In this document: piece after piece, positions 17,276 through 26,070 of the stretch
Position numbering within the stretch: position 1 is the stretch's first letter
Layout: every line of letters begins with the position of its first letter
Source: a virus
IMG/VR virus record: IMGVR_UViG_3300045988_043483
DNA: 58,780 nucleotides
Strand: one strand, 5' to 3'
Program-made: the position numbers and the translations under genes
The notes under the pieces: model-generated
Database searches by the model: none
What the model was told of the DNA's origin: nothing
Seen by the model: the letters and a program-made list of their open reading frames with translations, nothing else

Positions 17276-17407
17276 ATTTTATCCTTTCCCCAACATTTTG
17301 TTGGAAAGGAGCCGCCCGAAGACGGCTCTCTTTTTGCTAAATTAATGTTTCATCTACCGCTTCATCAAAGTCAGCCACGGCAGTGTTATTTGTTTCTGAC
17401 TGACTTG

Positions 17408-17884
17408 CTATTCCCCCGTTGTCAGTGCAACGGTAGCATCCAATCCCTTGTATTCCTCAATGGTAAGATTCATTTCGATCGTCAGAAGTTCGTTCTGTCC
17501 GATCTCTGGTTGTGGAATCTGCTCGGGCGGCTGTGCCACAACGAAGAAAGATTTCTCTTCTCCGGGAATGACAGTTTCAAACCACATTCTATTTCCACCA
17601 GTAAGAGCCTTGTAGGCTGTGATAAGTGCAGTCCATTCAGCCACGGTCTCTGATGTGAAGTTGACTGTGACTGCAAAAGATCCGCCAGTATCTGCACGAC
17701 CTTTTACATATCTGGTGATTGCATCTTCTAACGCAGAAGCATCAATCTGTTCCGGTTCAATGTTGATGCCGCCAATGGCATTAATTCTTGTAAGTTGCTT
17801 AAAACTTGTAGGTTTTGTTCCGGCGGTTGTCTCTGTACCATATCCGAAAGTAATACCTAAAGTAGAAATTCCGGCTGCTGCCAT
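17408..17884 (-). CDS. Major tail protein
   Basis: 158 aa; MAAAGISTLGITFGYGTETTAGTKPTSFKQL...; synteny upstream of the chaperones. Confidence 0.7.
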   Translation of the reverse strand: MAAAGISTLGITFGYGTETTAGTKPTSFKQLTRINAIGGINIEPEQIDASALEDAITRYVKGRADTGGSFAVTVNFTSETVAEWTALITAYKALTGGNRMWFETVIPGEEKSFFVVAQPPEQIPQPEIGQNELLTIEMNLTIEEYKGLDATVALTTGE

Positions 17885-17938
17885 AATTTATACCTCCTTA
17901 AATTTGCATAAAAAAATAGAGCCATATGGCTCTAATAG

Positions 17939-18346
17939 TTACAATGTATCATCAGCACCTACTGTTCTTCTGAACCGTGCAGTGCTTCTGTATGTGTCCT
18001 GCGAAGTATTATTGAACTCTGGCATGGAAGTTATTTGAAATCGCAGACGTTTGAAAAGTCCGGCAACCGTAGACATGATAGTTTCGGCTTCTTCTTGACT
18101 TTTGTTGGTTATCACATCCACCTGGTACGATGCTGTGATTCCATTAACCGAACGTGCTTCAAGGTCTTGTCCAGTCTCTGTAAATGGCATAGCATGAAAG
18201 TACACGGTAGGGAATGTAGGGTCTGACAAATCCTTACTTTTGTCCGTCACATAAGCTTTCGGATGGCTCTGCCGTATCTTCATTTTTAAGTACGATGCAA
18301 TCTTGACTTTGAAATCTGATACCCATTGATATTCATTATTTTCCAT
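17939..18346 (-). CDS. Neck/tail-completion protein (hypothetical)
   Basis: Call rests on synteny between the gp10-like and major tail genes. Confidence 0.45.
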   Translation of the reverse strand: MENNEYQWVSDFKVKIASYLKMKIRQSHPKAYVTDKSKDLSDPTFPTVYFHAMPFTETGQDLEARSVNGITASYQVDVITNKSQEEAETIMSTVAGLFKRLRFQITSMPEFNNTSQDTYRSTARFRRTVGADDTL

Positions 18347-18962
18347 TTGATGACCTCCTTAATTCTCGAAGATCTCCTTGAAACAGAATCACATTAGGAT
18401 CATTATACCCTCTGTAAATTCTAGCCATAATGGATTTTGGGTTTATCCCTAGCAGTTCTCCCCACTCTGTTGCGCATCTTGTTTCTCCATTTTTTGTAAT
18501 CAAAACATTACTTGTCTTGTTTCTTGCTTGTTCTTTCATGGTTATAAAGGTACAGTTTTCAGGGCAATAATTTTTATGGACATCTATTCTTTCAATAGAT
18601 AGTTTTGGATTCCATCCATTTTCCAAACACCAGTCAGCAAAAGAATGAAAATCATTCTTCCATTTTTCGCATATGCAAATACCTTTTTCTCCGTATGAAT
18701 AATATCTTTCAGATTTAGGGTCATAGCATCTTTTTCGCATATTGCTCCAAACTCCGTATAGCTTTTCATAATCTTTTGAAGACATTCCATATGAATTTTT
18801 ATTTAAGCATCCGCAGGATTTTGCTTTTTTAAGTTGATCGGTTCTTACATATTTTGTTTTCCCACAATCGCACTTTACTTTTACATATTTCCTGTTTTTT
18901 TCGTATTTTTCTTCTCCAATGATTACTACTTTTCCAAAACGCTGACCGATATAATAGTTCAT
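18336..18962 (-). CDS. Homing-endonuclease-like protein (HNH_3/AP2-like signature)
   Basis: YGVWSNMRKRCYDPKSERYYSYGEKGICICEKW...LSIERIDVHKNYCPENCTFITMKEQARNK. A free-standing insertion within the neck/tail genes. Confidence 0.5.
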   Translation of the reverse strand: MNYYIGQRFGKVVIIGEEKYEKNRKYVKVKCDCGKTKYVRTDQLKKAKSCGCLNKNSYGMSSKDYEKLYGVWSNMRKRCYDPKSERYYSYGEKGICICEKWKNDFHSFADWCLENGWNPKLSIERIDVHKNYCPENCTFITMKEQARNKTSNVLITKNGETRCATEWGELLGINPKSIMARIYRGYNDPNVILFQGDLRELRRSSNGK

Positions 18963-19025
18963 AAATCTCTCCTTTTTTCTATAAAAAGAAAAAAGCAGGA
19001 CTTATTGCTGTCTCACGACATGAGC

Positions 19026-19562
19026 CTACTTCTCATTAAAAATCTTTTCTGCTTCTGTTTTTACAACACTTAGCAATTCCATAGATGTGTTATACATAAA
19101 TGGTCTGCTGTCCATACCTTCGCACCAATAAACTTTCCCGTCTTTGCCTTTGTAAAACCATCCATATTGACCGGATTTTAATTGCATGATGTGTGAACCA
19201 CTGCCGTAATTCCATTGAACACCTTCCGGCAAAGGATATGGATATTCTTTCTTTCCACCCATGCTACCAAGAGTACCAAACTCAACGAAAAGCGCATGGT
19301 CTGTACCGGCAACCACCGCCCAAACACCTCCACCTTTTACGGATCCAACATATTCCGAATGGATGCTTTGCAAAAGTTCCGATGTAAAGATAGCATCAAG
19401 GTCAACAATCTGCACTCTAGCAATCTCTACGCCTTTTTCTGCCAGTGTTTCAGCCAGTATCCTACATTTATACTCTAAACTATTTTCATAGTCTCTAAGA
19501 ACCTTTACAGCCGCTTGTATGGACTTTTGGTCAAACAGGTTAATGTTGATTGTCTTTCCCAT
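19026..19562 (-). CDS. HK97 gp10-family tail-completion protein
   Basis: Pattern MGKTININLFDQ...AVKVLRDYE...GTDHALFVEFGT. Confidence 0.6.
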   Translation of the reverse strand: MGKTININLFDQKSIQAAVKVLRDYENSLEYKCRILAETLAEKGVEIARVQIVDLDAIFTSELLQSIHSEYVGSVKGGGVWAVVAGTDHALFVEFGTLGSMGGKKEYPYPLPEGVQWNYGSGSHIMQLKSGQYGWFYKGKDGKVYWCEGMDSRPFMYNTSMELLSVVKTEAEKIFNEK

Positions 19563-19674
19563 ATGTTCCTACCATTTCTTTAGAATAGTCACATCCGTGA
19601 ATCCATACACCTTTTTCAGTGAAAATTCCATTTTTCAGTTTTGGAATAGTTAATTTTTCTTTGTCACCTTCCAT
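19543..19674 (-). CDS. Small hypothetical ORF (43 aa)
   Basis: ATG 19674; MEGDKEKLTIPKLKNGIFTEKGVWIHGCDYSKEMVGTYGKDNQH; fills the gap between neighbouring genes. Confidence 0.3.
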
Positions 19675-19684
19675 AGTTAATCAC

Positions 19685-20107
19685 CTACTTCACCGTCTTC
19701 TGCAACAAGAACAAATCTGCTGTCAGTCCCTCGTCTGCAACGCCTTTAACAACATAGTCCGCAGTCTTGCTGTCCACAAGTCCGTCATCGTCACGACCTA
19801 CTTCTGACTTCTTCCAGATAACATCCCCTGCCTTAATCGGCAAATAGCCTTTGTCGGTCACAATCTGACAATACGAACTGGAATCATCAATACCAAATTC
19901 CTTTACCAGTACTTCCGACAGCTTATTACTGATGTTGGCAGAAAAAAGGACGGGTTCAGAATATCCAGTAGTTTCTCTCAAAACAACCGGAATCCTTTCT
20001 CCGTCCATCTCGATGTACTTTATTTCTCCGTTTTCGTCCCGGTCATAAATCGTGACTTTCTCTCCCTGCCGTGAGTACTTCATGTCCTGCTTGTTAATGT
20101 CAAGCAT
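19685..20107 (-). CDS. Head-closure/adaptor candidate (hypothetical)
   Basis: Synteny only. Confidence 0.4.
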   Translation of the reverse strand: MLDINKQDMKYSRQGEKVTIYDRDENGEIKYIEMDGERIPVVLRETTGYSEPVLFSANISNKLSEVLVKEFGIDDSSSYCQIVTDKGYLPIKAGDVIWKKSEVGRDDDGLVDSKTADYVVKGVADEGLTADLFLLQKTVK

Positions 20108-20372
20108 CTTTCTTCACCTGCTTGTAAATCTGATTTACACCAGTGCTTGCCAAACCGGAAACAATTCCGACCGCAATTGCATTCAGCACATCATTTGCCG
20201 GGAAATCCGGAATAACATACATTCCTACTACTCCGAGAATGCCACCGACAATGCCGACAACAACCGGGATGTAGTTATCCTTAATAACCGGAATAATCTT
20301 CGCTCCAATACCGGCAAGATAGCAAATAACCACGATTGCAACACAAGTTCCTACCTGTGAAAAATCCATCAT
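20100..20372 (-). CDS. Holin (LL-H / phage_holin_4-like)
   Basis: 90 aa with three hydrophobic segments. The tail VLNAIAVGIVSGLASTGVNQIYKQVKK matches this holin family as I recall it. Confidence 0.7.
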   Translation of the reverse strand: MMDFSQVGTCVAIVVICYLAGIGAKIIPVIKDNYIPVVVGIVGGILGVVGMYVIPDFPANDVLNAIAVGIVSGLASTGVNQIYKQVKKDA

Positions 20373-20725
20373 TCCTTACCTCCGTTCTCTTTAATGTTAA
20401 GTCTTTCCTCAATTCCATCAAGTCTATGATGTGCAGATGCCGTACTGGCTTCAACCTTTGTCAGCTTCTGTTCATGCTCTGCAAGCTCTTTCTTCATCTC
20501 TGAACGCTCGCTTTTCATTTCATTGATAGTATCAAGGATGGTGTCCAGTTTCATGTTGATGCGTGTGTTTTCTTTCACACGTTCCTCAATATCCTTTGTG
20601 TCTGTTCTTTTGCTGTTTTTCAGACCAATGTAGACGGAAAAACCGAGTGATAACACGCTTATAATGATTGCTGTAGATAACTCTATAGTCACATCATATA
20701 CCGCCTTCCTAGTTTGTTGGCACAC
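20369..20725 (-). CDS. Membrane-anchored coiled-coil protein adjacent to the holin (lysis accessory?)
   Basis: N-terminal TM segment STAIIISVLSLGFSVYIGL followed by a heptad-rich region. The start is uncertain (GTG 20725 or GTG 20692). Confidence 0.5.
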   Translation of the reverse strand: MCQQTRKAVYDVTIELSTAIIISVLSLGFSVYIGLKNSKRTDTKDIEERVKENTRINMKLDTILDTINEMKSERSEMKKELAEHEQKLTKVEASTASAHHRLDGIEERLNIKENGGKE

Positions 20726-20821
20726 CGCCCACCACCCTTAAAGTGTGCCGCCTGCAACCTTATTACTGGAATCAGTAACATGGTCACGCACAATCTTCTA
20801 AACCCCTCGATTTCGATGGGG

Positions 20822-21193
20822 TTATAAAACTTTTGCAAATGGAAATACGCCAACAAACAGATCCTCACGGTCTCTCCATTTTCTCGACACTCCATTCTCT
20901 GAATAGCTTGCCATGAAGTTTTCACCGGCTTGCGATCTGTCATACACAACAAGATTAACAACCACGGACTGAAATTTTTCAATATCCGCGGAAATCTTCT
21001 CTTCCGTGTAGCTTTCCGGGTACATTCTTTTTGCTCTGATGTCGGCTTCTGCTTGACTGATAAGCTGTTCCAAAAAAGGATTTTCTTCCAAATGGTCAAA
21101 CACGACCTCGGAGCTTTCAGAATCACTTTTAGAATCAATATGAAATTGTTTCAGACGGATTTTTACTTGCTCCAAAGTCGTATATTCTGCCAT
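20822..21193 (-). CDS. Head-tail connector (gp6-like) candidate
   Basis: MAEYTTLEQVKIRLKQ... immediately after the capsid gene. Confidence 0.5.
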   Translation of the reverse strand: MAEYTTLEQVKIRLKQFHIDSKSDSESSEVVFDHLEENPFLEQLISQAEADIRAKRMYPESYTEEKISADIEKFQSVVVNLVVYDRSQAGENFMASYSENGVSRKWRDREDLFVGVFPFAKVL

Positions 21194-21203
21194 GTGCTAC
21201 CTC

Positions 21204-22520
21204 TTATTCATCCTTTGCAGTTACCGTAGTAATGCCTGCCTTTACTGCTCTGTAATTAGGATCACACTCGATAATCATAATTTCCTTGCCGGTTGTTGCT
21301 TCAATTTCAGAAGTGCCATCCCAAGTAGCATACGTCTTTACATTTCCAAGATAAGAAGGTAATTTACAATCATCTGCTACCTTGTATTTGTAAGAATTGT
21401 CGCCGCTTTTTGCAGGGGAAACGCTTACTTTCGTGTATCCATTAGTTGTTTGGCTTGCAGTGCTGTTCACTACCAATGTATCCAAACCGCTTTCTCCTTC
21501 GGTTAAAGTACCGATTACGATTCCATAAGGGTTAGGAATTACAGGAATAAACACGCCACTAGCCTTAGTCCACTCAGCAACCGGATCGGGAGTTGCCCAC
21601 TGGGAAATAGTAATGAATTGCTTTTTGGACAGGCTTGTAAATGCGCTTGCCTTTTCTTCTTCCGGAGTTACGCCCCAAAGTCCAGTACCAATCTTTCCGT
21701 TTCCAGTAGATACATAAAGAGTAAATACATTATCCGGTAAAAATCTCTTGGGAGTTCTCGTTGTATTTTCCTTGTTGGCAATTCCGTACATATCATCATC
21801 AATTACCATGTTCAGACCATACAGGCTAAGTAACAGATTTGCCACTTCTGCCGGAGTAATTGCCATTCCAACGAAATTAACTCCCTTAATAGCTTTCATG
21901 ATTCCTTCATTCTTAAGCATATAAGAGCGCATTTTGGTAGAAGTCAGTGCGATATTGACAACATATCCTTTGTCAAGAGCCATCTGAACCATGTCTGCAA
22001 TATCTCCAAGGATATCATGGGTAGGATCTTCCCAGCCTTTCAGTGCCTTGAACTTATTTACTTTGAAGTCAATAGCAAAATTGAGACCATTTTCGTTAAT
22101 AGTCATCTTACCAGTAGACATAACCTCCATTTTTGCGATTTCAGTTCTTGTCTTAACAGAATCAGAAAGCCGACCCATATCGTCATATACATAGTCAATC
22201 AGGTTGCTTTCTCTTACGCCATGATTCAGCAACTGGCGTAATCTTTCAGACTGGTTGATTTTTTCCTTGATCAGCAGCTTTTCTACGCTTACTTTTTCGA
22301 ATCCAGGTCTTACACCAATAGCAGCCTCGGTATCAAATGCGTGTACCATTGCTGCGGTAGGAAGATCCATTCCCTCGGAAAGTCTTTCGTACTCTGCTTC
22401 AAGGTTCTCGGTCTTGATATCAGGGAAAAGTCGATCACCTACATAATTTCTTGCTATAGAATAGTTCTGTGAAAAGTCCAGTCTATCCTTATCTGTAATC
22501 ATTGTTAATACACTAGGCAT
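21204..22520 (-). CDS. Major capsid protein (lambda gpE-like) with a C-terminal extension
   Basis: The N-terminal pattern ...NYVGDRLFPDIKTENLEAEYERL...LPTAAMVHAFDTEA is typical of Phage_cap_E. About 100 extra C-terminal residues are beta-rich (Ig-like?). Confidence 0.75.
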   Translation of the reverse strand: MPSVLTMITDKDRLDFSQNYSIARNYVGDRLFPDIKTENLEAEYERLSEGMDLPTAAMVHAFDTEAAIGVRPGFEKVSVEKLLIKEKINQSERLRQLLNHGVRESNLIDYVYDDMGRLSDSVKTRTEIAKMEVMSTGKMTINENGLNFAIDFKVNKFKALKGWEDPTHDILGDIADMVQMALDKGYVVNIALTSTKMRSYMLKNEGIMKAIKGVNFVGMAITPAEVANLLLSLYGLNMVIDDDMYGIANKENTTRTPKRFLPDNVFTLYVSTGNGKIGTGLWGVTPEEEKASAFTSLSKKQFITISQWATPDPVAEWTKASGVFIPVIPNPYGIVIGTLTEGESGLDTLVVNSTASQTTNGYTKVSVSPAKSGDNSYKYKVADDCKLPSYLGNVKTYATWDGTSEIEATTGKEIMIIECDPNYRAVKAGITTVTAKDE

Positions 22521-22540
22521 ACTGTTCTTACCTCCGTAAT

Positions 22541-22864
22541 TTAATCAAAGTAAATGCCGCTTGCTTTAAGTGCGGTTTCGGCATTGGTATCTACTGCAAC
22601 AGGCAAATTTGCCTTAATAACACGGCCTGCAATAATTACAGAAATAGGCTTCTTTTCGTCATCTGTAATATCAACATCCTCAAACACAATTCCCTTCGCA
22701 GAAGCGTTATTTGTTGGAACCACAGTTCCTGCCTTGATGATCTTCTTATCATCTACCTGTGTTGCCATTGCTTGTGTTCCCTCAAAAGTTTTTAACACAA
22801 GTCCGACTTCACTTGCTAAAATATTTACACCAGAAGTGTAAGTAGTGGTTTTCATGTAAGCCAT
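22541..22864 (-). CDS. Head decoration-like protein
   Basis: 107 aa, located between the scaffold and capsid genes. Confidence 0.45.
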   Translation of the reverse strand: MAYMKTTTYTSGVNILASEVGLVLKTFEGTQAMATQVDDKKIIKAGTVVPTNNASAKGIVFEDVDITDDEKKPISVIIAGRVIKANLPVAVDTNAETALKASGIYFD

Positions 22865-22883
22865 AACGTTTATACCTCCTTGC

Positions 22884-23414
22884 TTACTGTTCGATTACAT
22901 AGCGCTGATTATATTTCTTTGCCATTTCAGCACCTTTACTTTCAGTTCCATTACCACCGCCAGAACTACCACCGCCCGGATTTGTGGTTCCGTTTGCGAT
23001 TTCCTGCTCTTTAGCCTGTGCCGCAGCAGTCTCTTTATCAGAGATAATTTTTCCGAGTACTTCGTAGTCAAAACTGCCGTCATCCTTGATAACCTGTGAT
23101 GCCTGTTCAGCAGAAATGTTAAACTTGGATGCCGCATTGCTTCTCTGATCCGCAATAGCCTGTGTCTTTTCAAGTTCTGCGATTTTTGCATTTGCAGTTT
23201 CCAAAGCTTTATTAGCTTTTTCAATTTCAGAAAGATTTCCGGCTTCAAGTTCATCAATCTTTTTCTGTAACTCATCTGCACTATCAGCCTTAGCCTTGTA
23301 TTGTCCTGCCTTTGTTTTTTCTCTTGCAACTTCCGAATTGTTCTGATTCAAAAGATTTGTAATCTGTTCGTCCGTAGCTTCGGGAAAAAGTTTTAATACG
23401 TCTTCTCGTGTCAT
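22884..23414 (-). CDS. Scaffolding protein
   Basis: Helical and charged, with a Gly/Ser tail. MTREDVLKLFPEATDEQITNLLNQ is GP20-like. Confidence 0.7.
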   Translation of the reverse strand: MTREDVLKLFPEATDEQITNLLNQNNSEVAREKTKAGQYKAKADSADELQKKIDELEAGNLSEIEKANKALETANAKIAELEKTQAIADQRSNAASKFNISAEQASQVIKDDGSFDYEVLGKIISDKETAAAQAKEQEIANGTTNPGGGSSGGGNGTESKGAEMAKKYNQRYVIEQ

Positions 23415-23524
23415 AAATTACCTCCGTTAAACTCACGCTTTTGTTACCGCAGGGCGCTCCTGCTGAGTCTCTGCTATTTACCGCATAGCTGCAAATTTTA
23501 TAAAATAAAAACAGCTACCTATTT

Positions 23525-24958
23525 CTAGGCAACTGTCTTATTTTGCATTTGTTTTACAATTTCTTGTGCTTTCGCCATCTGCTCTTCTATATTGATAATG
23601 TCAGCAGTTTTCCACAGTGCATCAAGGTAAGGTTTGGAAAGGTTGAAAGTCTTTTCACAATCTCCCCAAAGTCCAACCGTTTTGATTGCAATAAGAGGAT
23701 GAATACCACACTGCAGAAGTTGCAGTAATGTCTGCGACTTCGTATACATATTATCTTGTGGACTGTGGTTGATCTGCACATCAAAATCTCTAAGAGTGAT
23801 TTTCAGATCCTCTTTCTTAATGCGGATAACATTCAGCGCAACCTTGGCCAGTCTCTTCTCTGCTGTCTTAACAACCGGATCCTTAAGCCTTGCTCTTGAT
23901 TTTGAAAAATCCCATCCGTTTCTCAGCTCAACCGCACCCTGCGTATCACCGCCAGTGTTTCCTTGCTTGTTCGGTATTCCCAAAATTGAAAGTGCGCTGT
24001 CTGTTAAATCATCCTTGGAAACCTGTGTCTGCGTTTGGTCAAGTTCCTGTGACATCACATCAACATCAGACTTGTTATCCTTGTTAATGGACTTTACAAC
24101 CAATGCATGGTTCATTTTCATTTTTTTGAACTGTTCTTCGTCAACTTCACAGTTTACAAATTTGTACCATGCCTGGATAAACTGCTCTATACCATCCATT
24201 CTGTTTGACTGTGTATTATTGATTGCATCCAACAGATCTATAACAAGTTCAATATCAGACAACCGCTCATGGTTGTTCGGAAATTCTACAATCGGAATAC
24301 TACCAAATCCATGAAGTTTCCATGTATCAGGAACAACCGCACTGTTTTTTATCTTACATTCATGGGATTCCGTGTAGCAGAGTTTGTACCACTCTCCATT
24401 TTCATCTTTTAATTCCTGTACCGCCAAAATCGGTTCTTCGGAACTGCGGTTGTAAATAACAAACGTGTTCAGAGGATTAGGTGCAACCACACGGATAGGC
24501 ACATCTCCATTCACAATCTGAATAGCTTTGAATGATGTTCCGGTTGCCGACTGCCACTCACCAGCTTTTATGTCTTTCTCATGCTTATTTGCATCTGCTA
24601 AGTAATCATTCAGTTCATCTACTGCCTTATTTACAGCTTTATCATCTTTTCTGCTGACAAACTGAATAGGCTCTCCGTAAGTCTGACCAACCTTGAACTG
24701 TACCCACTCATAAGCATGATTCTCAACGATTTTGTTCGTTATATCCTCATTTGACAGCTTTGTTCTGTATAGTACCGGTTGATCTCCTTTGTAGTACTCC
24801 CACAAGTACTTGATAACTGTCTTGTTGTAATTAAAAACACCGATGCAATCACCAATAACCTTTACAATGTTGTCTGCGGTTATCTGCTCTACATCCGTAT
24901 ATGCAATTTTTCTACCGTGACAACCCTTTACAAGGTCTTGAAATTTCATAGTGTTCAT
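23525..24958 (-). CDS. Portal protein (SPP1 gp6-like)
   Basis: 477 aa, with YLWEYYKGDQPVLYRTK near the N-terminus. Located downstream of TerL. Confidence 0.8.
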   Translation of the reverse strand: MNTMKFQDLVKGCHGRKIAYTDVEQITADNIVKVIGDCIGVFNYNKTVIKYLWEYYKGDQPVLYRTKLSNEDITNKIVENHAYEWVQFKVGQTYGEPIQFVSRKDDKAVNKAVDELNDYLADANKHEKDIKAGEWQSATGTSFKAIQIVNGDVPIRVVAPNPLNTFVIYNRSSEEPILAVQELKDENGEWYKLCYTESHECKIKNSAVVPDTWKLHGFGSIPIVEFPNNHERLSDIELVIDLLDAINNTQSNRMDGIEQFIQAWYKFVNCEVDEEQFKKMKMNHALVVKSINKDNKSDVDVMSQELDQTQTQVSKDDLTDSALSILGIPNKQGNTGGDTQGAVELRNGWDFSKSRARLKDPVVKTAEKRLAKVALNVIRIKKEDLKITLRDFDVQINHSPQDNMYTKSQTLLQLLQCGIHPLIAIKTVGLWGDCEKTFNLSKPYLDALWKTADIINIEEQMAKAQEIVKQMQNKTVA

Positions 24959-24966
24959 ATTTCCAC

Positions 24967-25167
24967 CTACATAAATGTCATTCCGCTACTCTGGTATCTT
25001 TTTGGAAGTTTCTTGATCTCACGTTCTCCGGTCTCCGTATGGTAAACAACCATTTTATTGCAATTCCGGCACTCATATGTCTTGTCGATGTGTGATTTTG
25101 CACTACATTCACCGACTAACCGTCCGCATCCCGGACAGTACACTCTAATTTTTTGGTTAAAAATCAT
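24967..25167 (-). CDS. Zinc-ribbon protein
   Basis: CPGC...CRNC pairs. Start moved to ATG 25167 (AGAGG upstream). Confidence 0.5.
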   Translation of the reverse strand: MIFNQKIRVYCPGCGRLVGECSAKSHIDKTYECRNCNKMVVYHTETGEREIKKLPKRYQSSGMTFM

Positions 25168-25185
25168 AAATACCTCTTTTCTTCG

Positions 25186-25219
25186 CACAAAAATACCGCC
25201 CTTGCTGATAAGAGCGGTA
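25186..25219 (-). terminator. Rho-independent terminator (8-bp stem plus TTTTTGTG on the minus strand)
   Basis: TACCGCTC-n10-GGGCGGTA read on the minus strand. Confidence 0.5.
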
Positions 25220-25330
25220 CTTCTGTAGTCTTCACATGATCTGAGGAGGAAATGAAAAATATCTTGGAATCTTTCTGCATCTTAATAGTATCACGGAAAA
25301 ATCGGACATATCGGACAAGTTTATATGGAA

Positions 25331-25609
25331 CTATACGATTTCGTATGTTTTTTCAAAAATATCAGGCTTGCAAGGGTAAAATTCTCCATTTACTCCTTTT
25401 ATTATAAAATCATTTATAGATACGTTCATATATCCCTCTAAAGTTTTTATTTTCATGATTACATGAGGTGAAGATTTTCCTGCTCTCCAAGCATCATCGA
25501 TAATTTCATATATAAGCGATTTCCCAACAAATGCTTTTATTTCATCTAAGTTAATGCCATTCCATCTAATAGCTTCAACAATAATAGGTATCTTTCTATA
25601 TTTTGCCAT
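25331..25609 (-). CDS. Hypothetical protein (92 aa)
   Basis: Operon-oriented ORF. Confidence 0.5.
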   Translation of the reverse strand: MAKYRKIPIIVEAIRWNGINLDEIKAFVGKSLIYEIIDDAWRAGKSSPHVIMKIKTLEGYMNVSINDFIIKGVNGEFYPCKPDIFEKTYEIV

Positions 25610-25629
25610 TTTTATACCTCCGTATTATT

Positions 25630-26070
25630 TTAATTTGCCATATAGCGGTCAAATGCTTTTCTTACGCTATCCTCTGTGTTTCCACCACCGATTCTATCAG
25701 CAACCTTGTTCCATGATAATTTTTCAACAAAACGTAAATTGATGATTCGTCTTATACGACTGTCCTGAACGCTTGCAATAAATTCTTCGACTTCATTATT
25801 TTTTTGCAGTAAATCGTCCTCTAAAAGTTGTAAAGTAGCTTTTCTGGAATAAAGCAGTGTCCGTTTTCTGCTATACTCTGGATAAGGGAATCCTTCAATA
25901 CGAAAATGTTCAGTGCCGCCGCATCCACCTGATACGCTGTCAACAACATTCCCATCCGATTCAATTTTTCTGATATCCGATTCAAGTTTTTTAATCTTCT
26001 GCTGTACTTCTTTGATTTCTTCCTGTAAATCTATGTATTGAGATAAAACCTCTTTAGTCACCATAATCAA
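25630..26070 (-). CDS. Sigma-70 region-4-like HTH protein (late regulator candidate)
   Basis: C-terminus RRIINLRFVEKLSWNKVADRIGGGNTEDSVRKAFDRYM. 4-nt overlap with the TerL stop. Confidence 0.5.
   Translation of the reverse strand: MIMVTKEVLSQYIDLQEEIKEVQQKIKKLESDIRKIESDGNVVDSVSGGCGGTEHFRIEGFPYPEYSRKRTLLYSRKATLQLLEDDLLQKNNEVEEFIASVQDSRIRRIINLRFVEKLSWNKVADRIGGGNTEDSVRKAFDRYMAN

Noticed and set aside
25226-25330. Plus-strand 51-aa ORF behind GAGGAGG, antisense to 25331..25609
   Set aside because: The RBS-to-ATG spacing is only 2-3 nt, the ORF is antisense to a better gene, and its sequence is implausible.
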